DNA of 64,000 bases from Nitrospiraceae bacterium (GTDB lineage Bacteria; Nitrospirota; Nitrospiria; Nitrospirales; Nitrospiraceae), in assembly GCA_919902665.1 (NCBI GenBank), contig CAKKRK010000001.1, forward strand, positions 11,277 through 75,276, read 5' to 3'. This document shows positions 20,539 through 30,597 of this stretch, piece after piece; the first letter of the stretch is position 1; each line of letters starts with the position of its first letter. The translations under genes and the position numbers were made by a program. Under the pieces are notes generated by a model. That model was given only the letters and a program-made list of their open reading frames with translations. It ran no database searches and was not told the origin of the DNA.

Positions 20539-21786
20539 TTATCGAGCGCCTGACAGTCCAGACCGTGGCGTCACACGCTTCACTTGGAGCTCCAGTTGTT
20601 CGGACGGATGCATTCCTGGGACCAGCACGGCGAGCGCCATGACACAATTCCTCCCACCTTCCTTGGCAGCATAGAGCGCCTTGTCCGCTTGATCGATCAG
20701 CTCCAACGGCGTCCGTGCTCCAAACGCGAGGGCCGACACCCCGAGGCTCACCGTCAGTGTCAAGCCAGATACCATTCGAAGCCGGCTGCCCGCCTCAGCC
20801 CCAACACGTATTCGCAAACGTTCCGCCAGATCCGTCGCTTCGGCCAGCGTCGTGCGAGGGAACATCAGACAGAACTCTTCTCCTCCATAGCGCCCGACCG
20901 TGTCCGTCAACCGCAACCCTGCGGAGAGACAGTTGGCGACTGCTTGGATGGCTTGATCGCCTACGGCATGTCCATATCGATCATTCACACGCTTGAAGTT
21001 ATCAATGTCGACCATCACACAACAGAGCTCGCCTCCGTGCTCGCGGCTCTCCGCAAACGCTTTCTCAAACAGCGCGTAGAACGCACGGCGGTTCAGACAT
21101 CCGGTGAGCGGATCGCGCGAGGCCAAACGCTCCAACTCGCCATTTTTCCGTAAAATTTCTGTCTGTGCCGACTCAAGATTTACCACGGTTCGCATCAGGG
21201 CGCCGTTGATGTCCGTGAGTTGCTGGTTCGCATGCTGGAGCTCCGCTGTGCGCTCCTCAACCAAACGACTCAACTCATGCAGCTGTCCAACAGCCTTATT
21301 CGCCAAGTCCCATTTCCAGCAGAGCGCGGTGGCGAGCTGCAAGGCTTCAATGCTGTTAAATGGCTTCTGCAGAATCAGTAACTTGTCGGTTCTCCCTATC
21401 CGTTCTCTGATTTCTCCCCAAGGCTGATCGGAATAGGCCGTGCAGATGACCACCTGAAGGCCTGCGTCGACTTTCCAGAGCTGCTCGATGGTTTCGAGCC
21501 CATCCCAGCCCGGCGGCATCCTCATATCGACAAAGGCAACGGCATACGGTCTGCCCGCGTTGTTCGCAGCCTGCACCAAGTCCAATGCCACCTGTCCTTG
21601 ATCCGCACAATCAACCTGGAAGGGCTCATGAGCCTGAATAAGTCTGGCGTCTCCAAATAAGGCCGAACGTGCCCTTTCAAGATCCTCCGACTCTGTGTCG
21701 AGTTGAAGAATTCTCCGGAAGTCGTCATGGATCGATGGGTTGTCGTCCACAACGAGAATGCGTTGATTGAGACTATCCGTCGACAC
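20539..21786 (-). CDS. Response-regulator diguanylate cyclase (REC-coiled coil-GGDEF)
   Basis: [20 protein letters not shown] receiver; DPLTGCLNRR, DIDNFKRVNDRYGH, RLTD I-site, GGEEF. Confidence 0.92.
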   Translation of the reverse strand: MSTDSLNQRILVVDDNPSIHDDFRRILQLDTESEDLERARSALFGDARLIQAHEPFQVDCADQGQVALDLVQAANNAGRPYAVAFVDMRMPPGWDGLETIEQLWKVDAGLQVVICTAYSDQPWGEIRERIGRTDKLLILQKPFNSIEALQLATALCWKWDLANKAVGQLHELSRLVEERTAELQHANQQLTDINGALMRTVVNLESAQTEILRKNGELERLASRDPLTGCLNRRAFYALFEKAFAESREHGGELCCVMVDIDNFKRVNDRYGHAVGDQAIQAVANCLSAGLRLTDTVGRYGGEEFCLMFPRTTLAEATDLAERLRIRVGAEAGSRLRMVSGLTLTVSLGVSALAFGARTPLELIDQADKALYAAKEGGRNCVMALAVLVPGMHPSEQLELQVKRVTPRSGLSGAR

Positions 21787-21821
21787 TCGTCACAGCTCCT
21801 CTATCCGCACGAGGCTAGGGA

Positions 21822-23092
21822 TTAGACCACCTTCGCCAACACCGTCTGAGTGGAAGGCTTTTGGAGTTGAATCGTGCACCAAAACGTCGATCCTTGGCCG
21901 AGGATGCTCTCGACACCCACCGTTCCATCCATCATCTGGGCCAGTTGTTTTACAATGGCAAGCCCAAGTCCTGTCCCGCCATACTTGCGCGTAGTACTGC
22001 CGTCAGCCTGTGTAAACGGTGTAAAGAGCTTGGTTTGGACGGCGGGCTCGATGCCGATGCCTGTGTCCCGCACTTTCAGACAAAGCGTTGTCGTATCGAC
22101 AGTATCCTCAGCGACCGCCACGTGGAGAGCGATTTCTCCCTGGGTCGTAAATTTGATGGCGTTGCCGATCAAGTTGGTCAAGATCTGCCGAATGCGCACC
22201 GGGTCACCGTCGTATTCCGGAAGGAGATTGTCAGCGAGCACGACCGTCAACCTCAGCCCCTTGCTCTCAATGGGACCGGACAATAGTTCCAGGACATCCT
22301 TGACAAGCTGACGCAGATCGAACGTGATGCGTTCGATCTTGAGTTTGCCTGATTCAATCCTCGAGATATCGAGGATATCATTGATGACCTGCAGCAGAGC
22401 ATTTCCGGATTTGTGGAGCGTCTCGATGTACCGGCGTTGCTTGTCGTTCAAAGGCGTCCCCAGCAAGAGTTCGCTCATCCCGAGAATACCATTCATGGGC
22501 GTGCGGATTTCGTGGCTCACGTTGGCAAGGAATTGCGATTTCGCGACGTTGGCGGCCTCGGCCGCTTCTAACCGTTGGCGTGCCTGACGCGCCAGCTTCC
22601 ACTTGGTGGTTAGGGAAGCGGCCAATTGCGAGACCTCCACGCTGGAAAATGGTTTTTGCAGGATCAGGAGACGGTCGTCGCAGCCCAGTCGGCGAATGAT
22701 GTCGTCCCAGGAATGGTCGGTGTAGGCCGTACAGATGACCGTCTGAATCTCTGGGTCAGCCTCCCACATACGCTCGATGGTCTCCAGTCCATCCCATCCC
22801 ATCCCGGAGGCATCCGCATGTCCACAAACGCCACCGCATAAGGCCGCTCTTCCCGACACGCCATTTGGACGAGGGCCAGCGCGGCTTGCCCCTGATCTGC
22901 ATAATCCAGCTCAAACCGCACAAGAGCCTTCTGAAAAGATTCACCCCCGAATAACGACGCGCGTGCTTCATCCAGCCTCTGTGTCTCCGTTCCCGGTTGA
23001 AGGATTTTGCGAAAGTCCTCGTGGATCGAGAGATTGTCATCAATGACCAAGACTCGAAGGTGCTGACTATGCTTGTCGATATCCGTATTCAT
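21822..23092 (-). pseudogene. REC-HisKA-HATPase histidine kinase split by a 5-bp frameshift
   Basis: ORFs 22664..23092 and 21822..22859 join at [13 protein letters not shown] if one GGGAT unit (22791-22805 region) is removed. [11 protein letters not shown]-box, N, G1, F and G2 boxes are intact. Confidence 0.88.
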
Positions 23093-23128
23093 ACAGCTCT
23101 CTCCGACTGCGCCAACAGGCGATGCCGC

Positions 23129-25018
23129 TTAGGCGGCGCGGGAACCAATGACAGGCAACCACTGACGGACCGCCTTCTGTATCTCTTTGAGCCCCACCGG
23201 CTTTGGCAGGAAACCGTCCATTCCGCCCGCGATGCAGGCAGTTTCGACAGTGCTCACTGCGTAACCTGACAATGCGAGAATCGTGACAGGCCTACCGTCC
23301 CCTCTCGTAAATCCTCGTCGACGAATTTCTGCTGTCGCAGTCAATCCATCCATCTCCGGCATTTCGCAGTCCATAAGAACCAGGTCATATGGGCGCCTCT
23401 CAAGCGCCTGGATCGCCTCTCGACCCGTACCCGCCGTATCGGCTGATTCTCCACAGATCTCCAGCATGCGAAGAAAGACCTCTTGGTTCGTCGGATTATC
23501 TTCAGCCAAGAGAATACGCGCACGTGACCGTGGCTTGGAGGAATGGACGCCCGGGCTCCTGTCTTGGTTCCTAGTGATCAATACGTCAGGCGTCGAGTGG
23601 CAATCCGCCTGTTTGCTCTCTAGACTAGCTCTGTCGTTCGCACTCACCTTCTCAAGACAGACCGTAAACCAAAATGTGGAACCGTTTCCTGGGATACTGG
23701 TGAGACCGACATCTCCACCCATCAAGGAGGCGAGTCGTTGAACGATCGCGAGTCCTAAACCCGTCCCTCCGTACCGCCTCGTCATCGATCCATCAACCTG
23801 AGCGAACGGATCGAAAATTTTCTGCTGCGCCTCCAGAGGAACACCGATTCCGGTATCGCACACCGTTATTTTGAATAAGGCCTTCTCCTGGCGATCCTCG
23901 AGACGCTCAACATGAATCAGGATGCCCCCTCGTTCCGTAAATTTCATGGCATTGTTCACGAGGTTCATCAGAATCTGCCGAAGGCGCAGGCCGTCCCCTC
24001 GCCACACAGCAGGTAACTCGGGGTCAATCTGACATTCTAAAGTAAGTCCCTTTTGCCGCGAGGGTTCCTGGAACAGACCGGCAACATCCTGCACAGTTGC
24101 AACCAGATCAAACCCCGTGATGCGGAGGTCCATCTTGTCCTCATCGATCTTGGACAAGTCGAGTATGTCGTTGATGATCTGAAGCAACTGCTCGCCGGAA
24201 TGATGGATGGTTTGGACGAAATGACGCTGCCGGTCGTTCAACGAGGTTGAGAGAAGCAGCTCATTCATGCCGAGCATCGCGTTCATGGGCGTCCGGATCT
24301 CATGGCTCATACGGGCTAAGAACTGTGACTTGGCCTGATTGGCCTTATCTGCAGCCACCTTGGCCTCCTTAAGGGCCTCGACCATTTTCTGTAATTCATC
24401 GTTGCGCTGTTGAAGCTCAGCCGTCCGCGCAGCCACTTGCTGCTCGAGATGCTGGTTCGTCGCCTGGAGTTCTCGATTGCGGGTATTGACCTGTGCAACG
24501 AGACCTTCGATCTGCAGCCGGATGTCCCGTCCCAACTCCCACTTCCTGGTCAGCGATGCGGCAATCTGTTGGACCTCAATGGAATCAAACGGCTTCCGAA
24601 GGATGAGCAACCGGTCTCTCATCTCGAGCCGTGCGGCAATCTCCGCCCACGAATGGTCTGAATAGGCCGTACAGATAACCACTTGAAGCCGTCCGTCCGC
24701 CTCCCAGAGCCGTTCGATGGTTTCCAAGCCATCCCACCCCGACGGCATCCTCATATCGACAAACGCCACCGCATACGGACGTTCTTCCCGGCGTGCCATC
24801 TCTACCAGGGCCAACGCGGCTTGTCCTTGATCCGCATAATCCAGTTCAAACCGATCCAGGGCCTCTACAAGTGGCGTCTCTCCGAACAGCGACGCCCGTG
24901 CGCGATGGAGCCCCTCTTCCTCGGGTGGCGCTTCAAGGATTCTCCGAAAATCCTCATGGATGGCCCGATTGTCGTCAACAACCAAGATTCGAAGGTTTTT
25001 ATTGTTGTCGCCCATCAT
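23129..25018 (-). CDS. Hybrid sensor kinase (REC-HisKA-HATPase-REC)
   Basis: N-terminal [35 protein letters not shown]-terminal [15 protein letters not shown]. Confidence 0.92.
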   Translation of the reverse strand: MMGDNNKNLRILVVDDNRAIHEDFRRILEAPPEEEGLHRARASLFGETPLVEALDRFELDYADQGQAALALVEMARREERPYAVAFVDMRMPSGWDGLETIERLWEADGRLQVVICTAYSDHSWAEIAARLEMRDRLLILRKPFDSIEVQQIAASLTRKWELGRDIRLQIEGLVAQVNTRNRELQATNQHLEQQVAARTAELQQRNDELQKMVEALKEAKVAADKANQAKSQFLARMSHEIRTPMNAMLGMNELLLSTSLNDRQRHFVQTIHHSGEQLLQIINDILDLSKIDEDKMDLRITGFDLVATVQDVAGLFQEPSRQKGLTLECQIDPELPAVWRGDGLRLRQILMNLVNNAMKFTERGGILIHVERLEDRQEKALFKITVCDTGIGVPLEAQQKIFDPFAQVDGSMTRRYGGTGLGLAIVQRLASLMGGDVGLTSIPGNGSTFWFTVCLEKVSANDRASLESKQADCHSTPDVLITRNQDRSPGVHSSKPRSRARILLAEDNPTNQEVFLRMLEICGESADTAGTGREAIQALERRPYDLVLMDCEMPEMDGLTATAEIRRRGFTRGDGRPVTILALSGYAVSTVETACIAGGMDGFLPKPVGLKEIQKAVRQWLPVIGSRAA

Positions 25019-25074
25019 CCGTCATGTCCTTCTGTCTGCCGAGAGGAAGAGCATCATGACTCACGGCCTTAGGT

Positions 25075-25932
25075 CTAAGTTTCTTGTCTTCCACTCGCCA
25101 TGAACACATGCATATCGTTGATGAGGGAAAGGAGATCCTGCGCACACCGTTGGAGTGTCGTCGCATGCTCACGCTGGCCTGGATTCAGCGGACTATCCAG
25201 CAGGAGCTGCACTTTCCTGATGAGTTCATTCATTGGGGTCAGAATTTCATGGCTCATAATCGCTAGAAATTCTTCCTTCTGACGGAGGGTCGCCTCAAGA
25301 TCGTCCCGAGAATAAGCAGGCAGTCTGTCCGCAGCTCGACTGACAATGTTTGCTTGCAGACGCTCATTCGCGTCCCGCAACTCGGCTGTTCGTTGGCTCA
25401 CGCTGAACGCGAGACTATCAATCTGCAGCTTGACGGAGCGTGCCAGATTCCATTTCTTCGTCAGCGCGTTCGCGAGTTGAACCAACTCGATGCTGTTGAA
25501 GGGTTTCATCAGGACCAGCAGCTTGTCAGTGTCTCCGATACGACGACTCACATCTTCCCATGGATGATCAGAATACGCGGAACAAATCACGATTTGGATA
25601 TCAGGATCGACATACCACAGATGCTCGATGGTCTCGAGTCCATCCCATCCCGGCGGCATCCGCATATCCACAAATGCCACCGCATACGGATTCCCTCTCT
25701 GATAAGCATTCTGAGCCAGACCGAATCCCTCTCGTCCCTGACTCGCGAAGCCCAGCTCATAGCGTATTTGTGATGGCAGGGTTGGAACCTCTCCAAACAA
25801 GGCGGCCCGAGCTTGAGCCAATGAATCGGAATCGGCCGGCGGCATCAGGATCTTACGGAAATCTTCATGGATGTTACTGTTATCGTCGATGACGAGAACG
25901 CGCCGATTGTCGGTAGTCTGATCGCTGTTCAT
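25075..25932 (-). CDS. Receiver protein with C-terminal HisKA/DHp-like segment, no ATPase domain
   Basis: REC as in its neighbours, then FLAIMSHEILTPMNEL, ending about 45 aa later. Confidence 0.8.
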   Translation of the reverse strand: MNSDQTTDNRRVLVIDDNSNIHEDFRKILMPPADSDSLAQARAALFGEVPTLPSQIRYELGFASQGREGFGLAQNAYQRGNPYAVAFVDMRMPPGWDGLETIEHLWYVDPDIQIVICSAYSDHPWEDVSRRIGDTDKLLVLMKPFNSIELVQLANALTKKWNLARSVKLQIDSLAFSVSQRTAELRDANERLQANIVSRAADRLPAYSRDDLEATLRQKEEFLAIMSHEILTPMNELIRKVQLLLDSPLNPGQREHATTLQRCAQDLLSLINDMHVFMASGRQET

Positions 25933-27839
25933 GCTGCGGCTTCCACCACGACCAACGGGAGCTCCAGAGTGAACGTAGCACCACACCCCTCGCCCGCACT
26001 CTGCCCGTGCAACGTTCCGCCAAGATTTTTGGCAACAATGGCCGCGCTATGGAGCCCAAGTCCATGACCGGCCTTTCTCGTTGTAAAGCCTTGTGCAAAC
26101 AGCCGAGGAAGATGCTCCGGTTTGATCCCGATGCCGGTATCGATCACCTCAAATTGAGCAAAGGCCTTAGCGGAAAGCACTCCGATGCGCAGCGTGAGAC
26201 GGCGGGTGCCTCCCGAGTGTTCCACCATGGCGTTCTTCGCGTTGGTGATCAGGTTGACCAATACCTGCAAGACTTGGTGTCGATCCGTCATCATCATGGG
26301 GACCGCGCTATAGTCCCGTACGATTTGGATGTGGCATTTCTCCGGCTCGGGGAGCGCCATCACGACCGCCTGTTCCATTAAATCTTCAGCGGACGCAGGC
26401 TCACGGATATTCCCTGCGCGGGCAATATCTTGCTGTGACATGATCACTTGCTTGATGTGATCGACTTTTTTCACAAGCGAGTCGAGTTCTCCTTGGATCG
26501 TCTGATGGCTCCCGCTCAGGGATTCAGCCACCAAGCCAAGATAGGAAGGGATCTGCTTGCCTTTCGGATCGACCGTCAAGAATTCCTGTAGATTTTCCTG
26601 ATGCTCGTTGAACATCGATGCGATCCGACAGACATCGCCCACCATCGGCTTTTTAAGCGTTTTGAGTAGCGTATCCGTCGACACATTAATGCTATTGAGA
26701 ACGTTCCCGACATTATGCAGCACACTGGACGCCACATCCGCCATACCCGCTTGGCGCGAGGCATTCATGAGTTGCTGGTACAGCTTTTCCTTCTCCGCCT
26801 CAGCTTTTTTCCGCTGATCCATCTCGACGTGCAAAGTCGTATTCGTGGCCTCGAGTTCCTGGTTCTTCTGTAAAATTTGGACACGGGATGCCTCTAATTC
26901 ACTGTTCGCATCCTTAAGTTGAGAATTGGCTCGATCCAGTTCGGTGACGTCGTGAAACGAGACGAGCGCCCCTCTGACCGTGGACCCGTCGTCCATAATC
27001 GGGACCGTATTGACGATGAATTTTCGCTGGTCCCCATCGGAGCGATTCATAATGAGCGGGATATTGTCGAGAGACTGCCGGTCCATAATGGCCCTGGTCC
27101 ACGGATACACCATGAGCGAATCCGTCGGAGTCACCGACTTCCAGGCAAGCGTCCCGAGATCGGAGCCAATCAACGATGTCACAGGCTTATTCACAGCGCG
27201 ACTGAACGAATCGTTGGTGAGGACGATCAGGTCTCGCGTATCGATCATCACCACACCTTGCGTCAGGGCATCGAGCGCCGCCTTCACACGTGTCGGAACA
27301 ATGCCGGAGGGATCGAGCTGACGGAGCGTGCGCTTCATGAAAAAGAGGTAGCCGATGAACCCCATCACGCCCACAAACGCAAGGAAGCGTATCCATGGAT
27401 CGGAAAGAAAGCGGTCTATGTCTGAGCCTTCAGATTCACGAAACGCCAATTGGAGCACACCCCAGGGCTGATCTCCGGAAAAGATCGGGACTTGAAGGGA
27501 TTGAAGCGTCGACTGTTCACCCGGCGGCTGAACCCAAGCCTGTGCATGCGCGCCAACTTGCGCAACAATGCTGCCGTCTTTTTGAAGGAGCGCCAGTGAC
27601 GAGATTTCGTGATTCCGCTTGGCCAGCGTCTCCATGGCAAATTGAATCGTTTCAATCTGATCCCGCGCCGCTAATGCGGAGTATTGAACGGCTAGGGCTT
27701 CGGCTAAATCGCGACGATATTCGAAGACCTGACGATCATGATTGGGCACGAGATCGACAAGTGAAGAGCCGGCCAACATCACGCTGATCGTCAAGCTGAC
27801 CAAGCCGAGACTGATCCAAACTAAGGGGGTCACTCGCAT
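25929..27839 (-). CDS. Membrane PAS-domain sensor histidine kinase
   Basis: Two TM helices, periplasmic domain, PAS (ALDALTQGVVMID), H-box VLHNVGNVLNSIN, NLITNAKNA, DTGIG, GFTTRKAGHGLGL. Confidence 0.9.
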   Translation of the reverse strand: MRVTPLVWISLGLVSLTISVMLAGSSLVDLVPNHDRQVFEYRRDLAEALAVQYSALAARDQIETIQFAMETLAKRNHEISSLALLQKDGSIVAQVGAHAQAWVQPPGEQSTLQSLQVPIFSGDQPWGVLQLAFRESEGSDIDRFLSDPWIRFLAFVGVMGFIGYLFFMKRTLRQLDPSGIVPTRVKAALDALTQGVVMIDTRDLIVLTNDSFSRAVNKPVTSLIGSDLGTLAWKSVTPTDSLMVYPWTRAIMDRQSLDNIPLIMNRSDGDQRKFIVNTVPIMDDGSTVRGALVSFHDVTELDRANSQLKDANSELEASRVQILQKNQELEATNTTLHVEMDQRKKAEAEKEKLYQQLMNASRQAGMADVASSVLHNVGNVLNSINVSTDTLLKTLKKPMVGDVCRIASMFNEHQENLQEFLTVDPKGKQIPSYLGLVAESLSGSHQTIQGELDSLVKKVDHIKQVIMSQQDIARAGNIREPASAEDLMEQAVVMALPEPEKCHIQIVRDYSAVPMMMTDRHQVLQVLVNLITNAKNAMVEHSGGTRRLTLRIGVLSAKAFAQFEVIDTGIGIKPEHLPRLFAQGFTTRKAGHGLGLHSAAIVAKNLGGTLHGQSAGEGCGATFTLELPLVVVEAAA

Positions 27840-28684
27840 AACTTCCCGTACGTCGTGTGTATCTCTTGCCGCTTGACGCTCTATATCGAAGCGTTCAACA
27901 CCCAACCCAGCTGATGGCACTCCTTGTTCGCTTAGTCATCTTCCTCATAACATCTGGCGCTTTCATGGCTCGCGCTCACCCGCATCCAAACCTACTGTGA
28001 ACAACCGATCGATACACCTCCATGCGGCCCCACGACGAGGAAGCTCACAGCCTGAGACCAGGACTGCGCCTACAGGTTTCAGACGCAGCTCTATGCAGAT
28101 CGCACACCAACCAGCTGCAGTGGTCGACAACTTCTTGTTATGATACTCTCTGGCTCACACTGTCCCCAGTATTTTTACTTTTCTGACATGCTGTTCCCCA
28201 CTACAGTCGGCATGCTAATCACACAGTAGCTCTCCCACAACTTTGTCCGCCCGCCTTTCCCAGGCCCCATTCGCAGTGTATCTGTAATCGCGGGAAGGCT
28301 GGTGAGGCTAGACAAAACCAACAGAACAGTCGTCGGCTTGGTTCCTGAAGAACCTCCTCATGGTGGCGTCCCGTTCTCCGAGTAACCCGTCCAGTTCCTA
28401 GCGGCCTCTTCCCCTAACAACTTAACCACGCAGGCAATCACGATGTCCGTGACATCATGGGACAGAACCGACCGCTTTCGACTTTTCTGAATGATGTGGA
28501 TAGCGCTCGCATGGTACTACCCGGTGCGACCCCTCTTATTTCTTGTGCAATTGAACTAACGGAATCTTCATTCTCGTTCTGGCCATCCCTAGAAATACAC
28601 AGTTGTGCCTTTTTAGATACAGCTCCATTTTTGAATGTTTATTATATTGTACTTTGATAACAATATCTTACATATATACAGCGC

Positions 28685-28700
28685 AGGCACATGAATTGCT
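28685..28700 (+). promoter_or_regulatory. Putative sigma-54 (-24/-12) promoter upstream of lpxC
   Basis: AGGCAC-ATGAA-TTGCT with exact GG-N10-GC spacing, ~55 bp before the start, AT-rich region upstream. Confidence 0.6.
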
Positions 28701-28755
28701 TTGACATAAATCGAGATGATCGTGTTTAAGCATTTGTCTCTATAAGGGAGGACTT

Positions 28756-29685
28756 GTGCGCAATCAACAAACTTTGGCATCGGCAGTAACCTGCTCTGGT
28801 GTGGGACTCCATTCTGGCCAGTCGGCGTCGATTACACTACGACCCGCCCCCCCTGACACCGGCGTGGTTTTTGTCAATCGCAAAACGAGCGTTGATGCGC
28901 ATCTTTCGGCCTCCATTAGACATCGCGTCCCAACCGAATTGTGTACAGCCATCAGTGGCAATGGGTTCCAAGTTCAGACCATTGAGCATCTGCTCTCGGC
29001 GCTGTCAGGCCTTCATGTCGACAATGTCTTCGTTGATGTATCGGCAAGCGAAGTTCCCGTCATGGATGGAAGCGCCGCGCCCTTCGTCCGGCTGATTCAA
29101 TCCGTCGGTATTGTCCCCCAGAATCGGAAGCAAGCGTTTCTTAAGATTATGGCGCCGATCGAAGTGGCCGAGGGGTCGAAGCGTGTTCGGATCGAGCCCT
29201 CCCCCACCCCAAAGATCACCTACTCCATTCACTATGAACATCCTCTGATCAACACGCAGACCTATGCCTATGATTGCTCCGCCAGTGCGTTTGAGAATGA
29301 GATCGCCGAAGCCAGGACATTTGGGTTTCTGTACGAAGTCCAAGCCTTGTGGGCTCGTGGGCTCGGCAAAGGCGGAACCCTGGACAACACCATTGTCCTG
29401 TCGGATGATGGGGTCGTCAACGAATCCGGCCTCCGATTCGACGATGAGTTTGTCCGCCACAAAATCCTTGATCTGATCGGTGACTTTTCTCTTATGGGGA
29501 TGCCCTTCATTGGTCACATCGTTGCAGACCGGTCAGGACATGCACTCCACACGCGGTTGGTCCAGCAGATCCTGACCCAACCAGAGAAGTGGGTGCTTCT
29601 CAACGCAGACCCCGCAGGAGAAGGGAAGCGATCGATCGCACACGCGCTTCACCTTCATCCAGCTGTCGCACTTCAGGCTTCTTAG
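28756..29685 (+). CDS. lpxC: UDP-3-O-acyl-N-acetylglucosamine deacetylase
   Basis: GVGLHSG, TIEHLLSAL, ARTFGF, RHKILDLIGD, SGHALH. Confidence 0.97.
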   Translation: MRNQQTLASAVTCSGVGLHSGQSASITLRPAPPDTGVVFVNRKTSVDAHLSASIRHRVPTELCTAISGNGFQVQTIEHLLSALSGLHVDNVFVDVSASEVPVMDGSAAPFVRLIQSVGIVPQNRKQAFLKIMAPIEVAEGSKRVRIEPSPTPKITYSIHYEHPLINTQTYAYDCSASAFENEIAEARTFGFLYEVQALWARGLGKGGTLDNTIVLSDDGVVNESGLRFDDEFVRHKILDLIGDFSLMGMPFIGHIVADRSGHALHTRLVQQILTQPEKWVLLNADPAGEGKRSIAHALHLHPAVALQAS

Positions 29686-29761
29686 TAGTCTGCAGAGATT
29701 ATTATCTGGCTAATTGCTGATCTTCTGGTAGGACGCGCTCTTTATTCCAACACATCGCAGT

Positions 29762-29805
29762 ATGCTACGCCGGGAGTGAGTGGCCTCACCCCCGGCGTAT
29801 CGCAT
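29762..29805. terminator. Stem-loop between convergent lpxC and the small-ORF unit
   Basis: TACGCCGGGAGTGAG-TGGC-CTCACCCCCGGCGTA, a 15-bp stem with one mismatch. Confidence 0.7.
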
Positions 29806-29816
29806 TAGAGCGGGGA

Positions 29817-29858
29817 TTACTTCTTCTTCTTCTTTGCTGCTGCTTTCTTTGTCGCCAA
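29817..29858 (-). CDS. Putative 13-aa basic small protein MATKKAAAKKKKK
   Basis: TTG GCG ACA AAG AAA GCA GCA GCA AAG AAG AAG AAG AAG TAA, preceded by GGGGGGTGA 5 nt upstream and followed by a hairpin. Confidence 0.6.
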   Translation of the reverse strand: MATKKAAAKKKKK

Positions 29859-29906
29859 GAGTCTCACCCCCCTTCGCTGTATCACGCTAGGCCCGTTAAC
29901 TGATCG

Positions 29907-30428
29907 CTACACCGCCTGAATCAACATATCGTCTAACGCCTCGAACGTGTTGGGACCGACTTTCCTGAACCGCTTGTCACGCTTGAGCGACGTGGCAATC
30001 GATGTCAGCGGCGTTTTCCCTTTGATCTGCAACCCGCCTTCGATGAGACGCTGCACCAACTCCTTCACATGCATGGAGCGGTTTGATTCACGGAGGATCT
30101 CATAGGCCGCTTGCGGGACGCTTTTCCCAACGTACTTACTTCGGCCAAGCAAAATTTCTCGAGATTGATCGGTCACATCCATGACCTGTAGAGACCGAAT
30201 ACCCTTGGAGTCGTCTGCAGGAATAATTTGGTTAGAGAGACTGGCAAGCTTGGCCTTGTCGGCCTCGACGCGGTAGAGAGTTTCAGCAAGCTCGAGATAC
30301 TTCTTAATCGTCGCAATTTCATCATCTAAACGACGACGCTTCTTCTCCAGGTCCTGGAAACGACTCTTGTAGGCGTTAATCCGTTGATCTAGCCCAACGA
30401 GAATGTCTCTTAATTCATCCACAAGCAC
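29907..30428 (-). CDS. Coiled-coil plus winged-helix (HARE-HTH-like) protein
   Basis: N-terminal heptads (LDQRINAYKSRFQDLEKKRRRLDDEI); C-terminal AAYEILRESNRSMHVKELVQRL..KGKTPLTSIATSL..RFRKVGPNTF. Confidence 0.75.
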   Translation of the reverse strand: MLVDELRDILVGLDQRINAYKSRFQDLEKKRRRLDDEIATIKKYLELAETLYRVEADKAKLASLSNQIIPADDSKGIRSLQVMDVTDQSREILLGRSKYVGKSVPQAAYEILRESNRSMHVKELVQRLIEGGLQIKGKTPLTSIATSLKRDKRFRKVGPNTFEALDDMLIQAV

Positions 30429-30448
30429 CTCTCGTAAAGCATGCTTGC

Positions 30449-30477
30449 TTTATAGCATTGCTTCTAATCTCTGTCAA
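30449..30477 (-). promoter_or_regulatory. Sigma-70 promoter of the winged-helix gene
   Basis: TTGACA-17 bp-TATAAA on the minus strand, ~20 bp upstream of the start. Confidence 0.75.
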
Positions 30478-30597
30478 GTTTCTTGATTCAAATAATATGT
30501 TCGCTCAATAAACATACTCTTGCACACATGTATTCCTTGCCTGTGCATTGTAGGGAAGGCTTGTTTCTCTGAAAAGCACCGTTACCCGCTCGATGAC

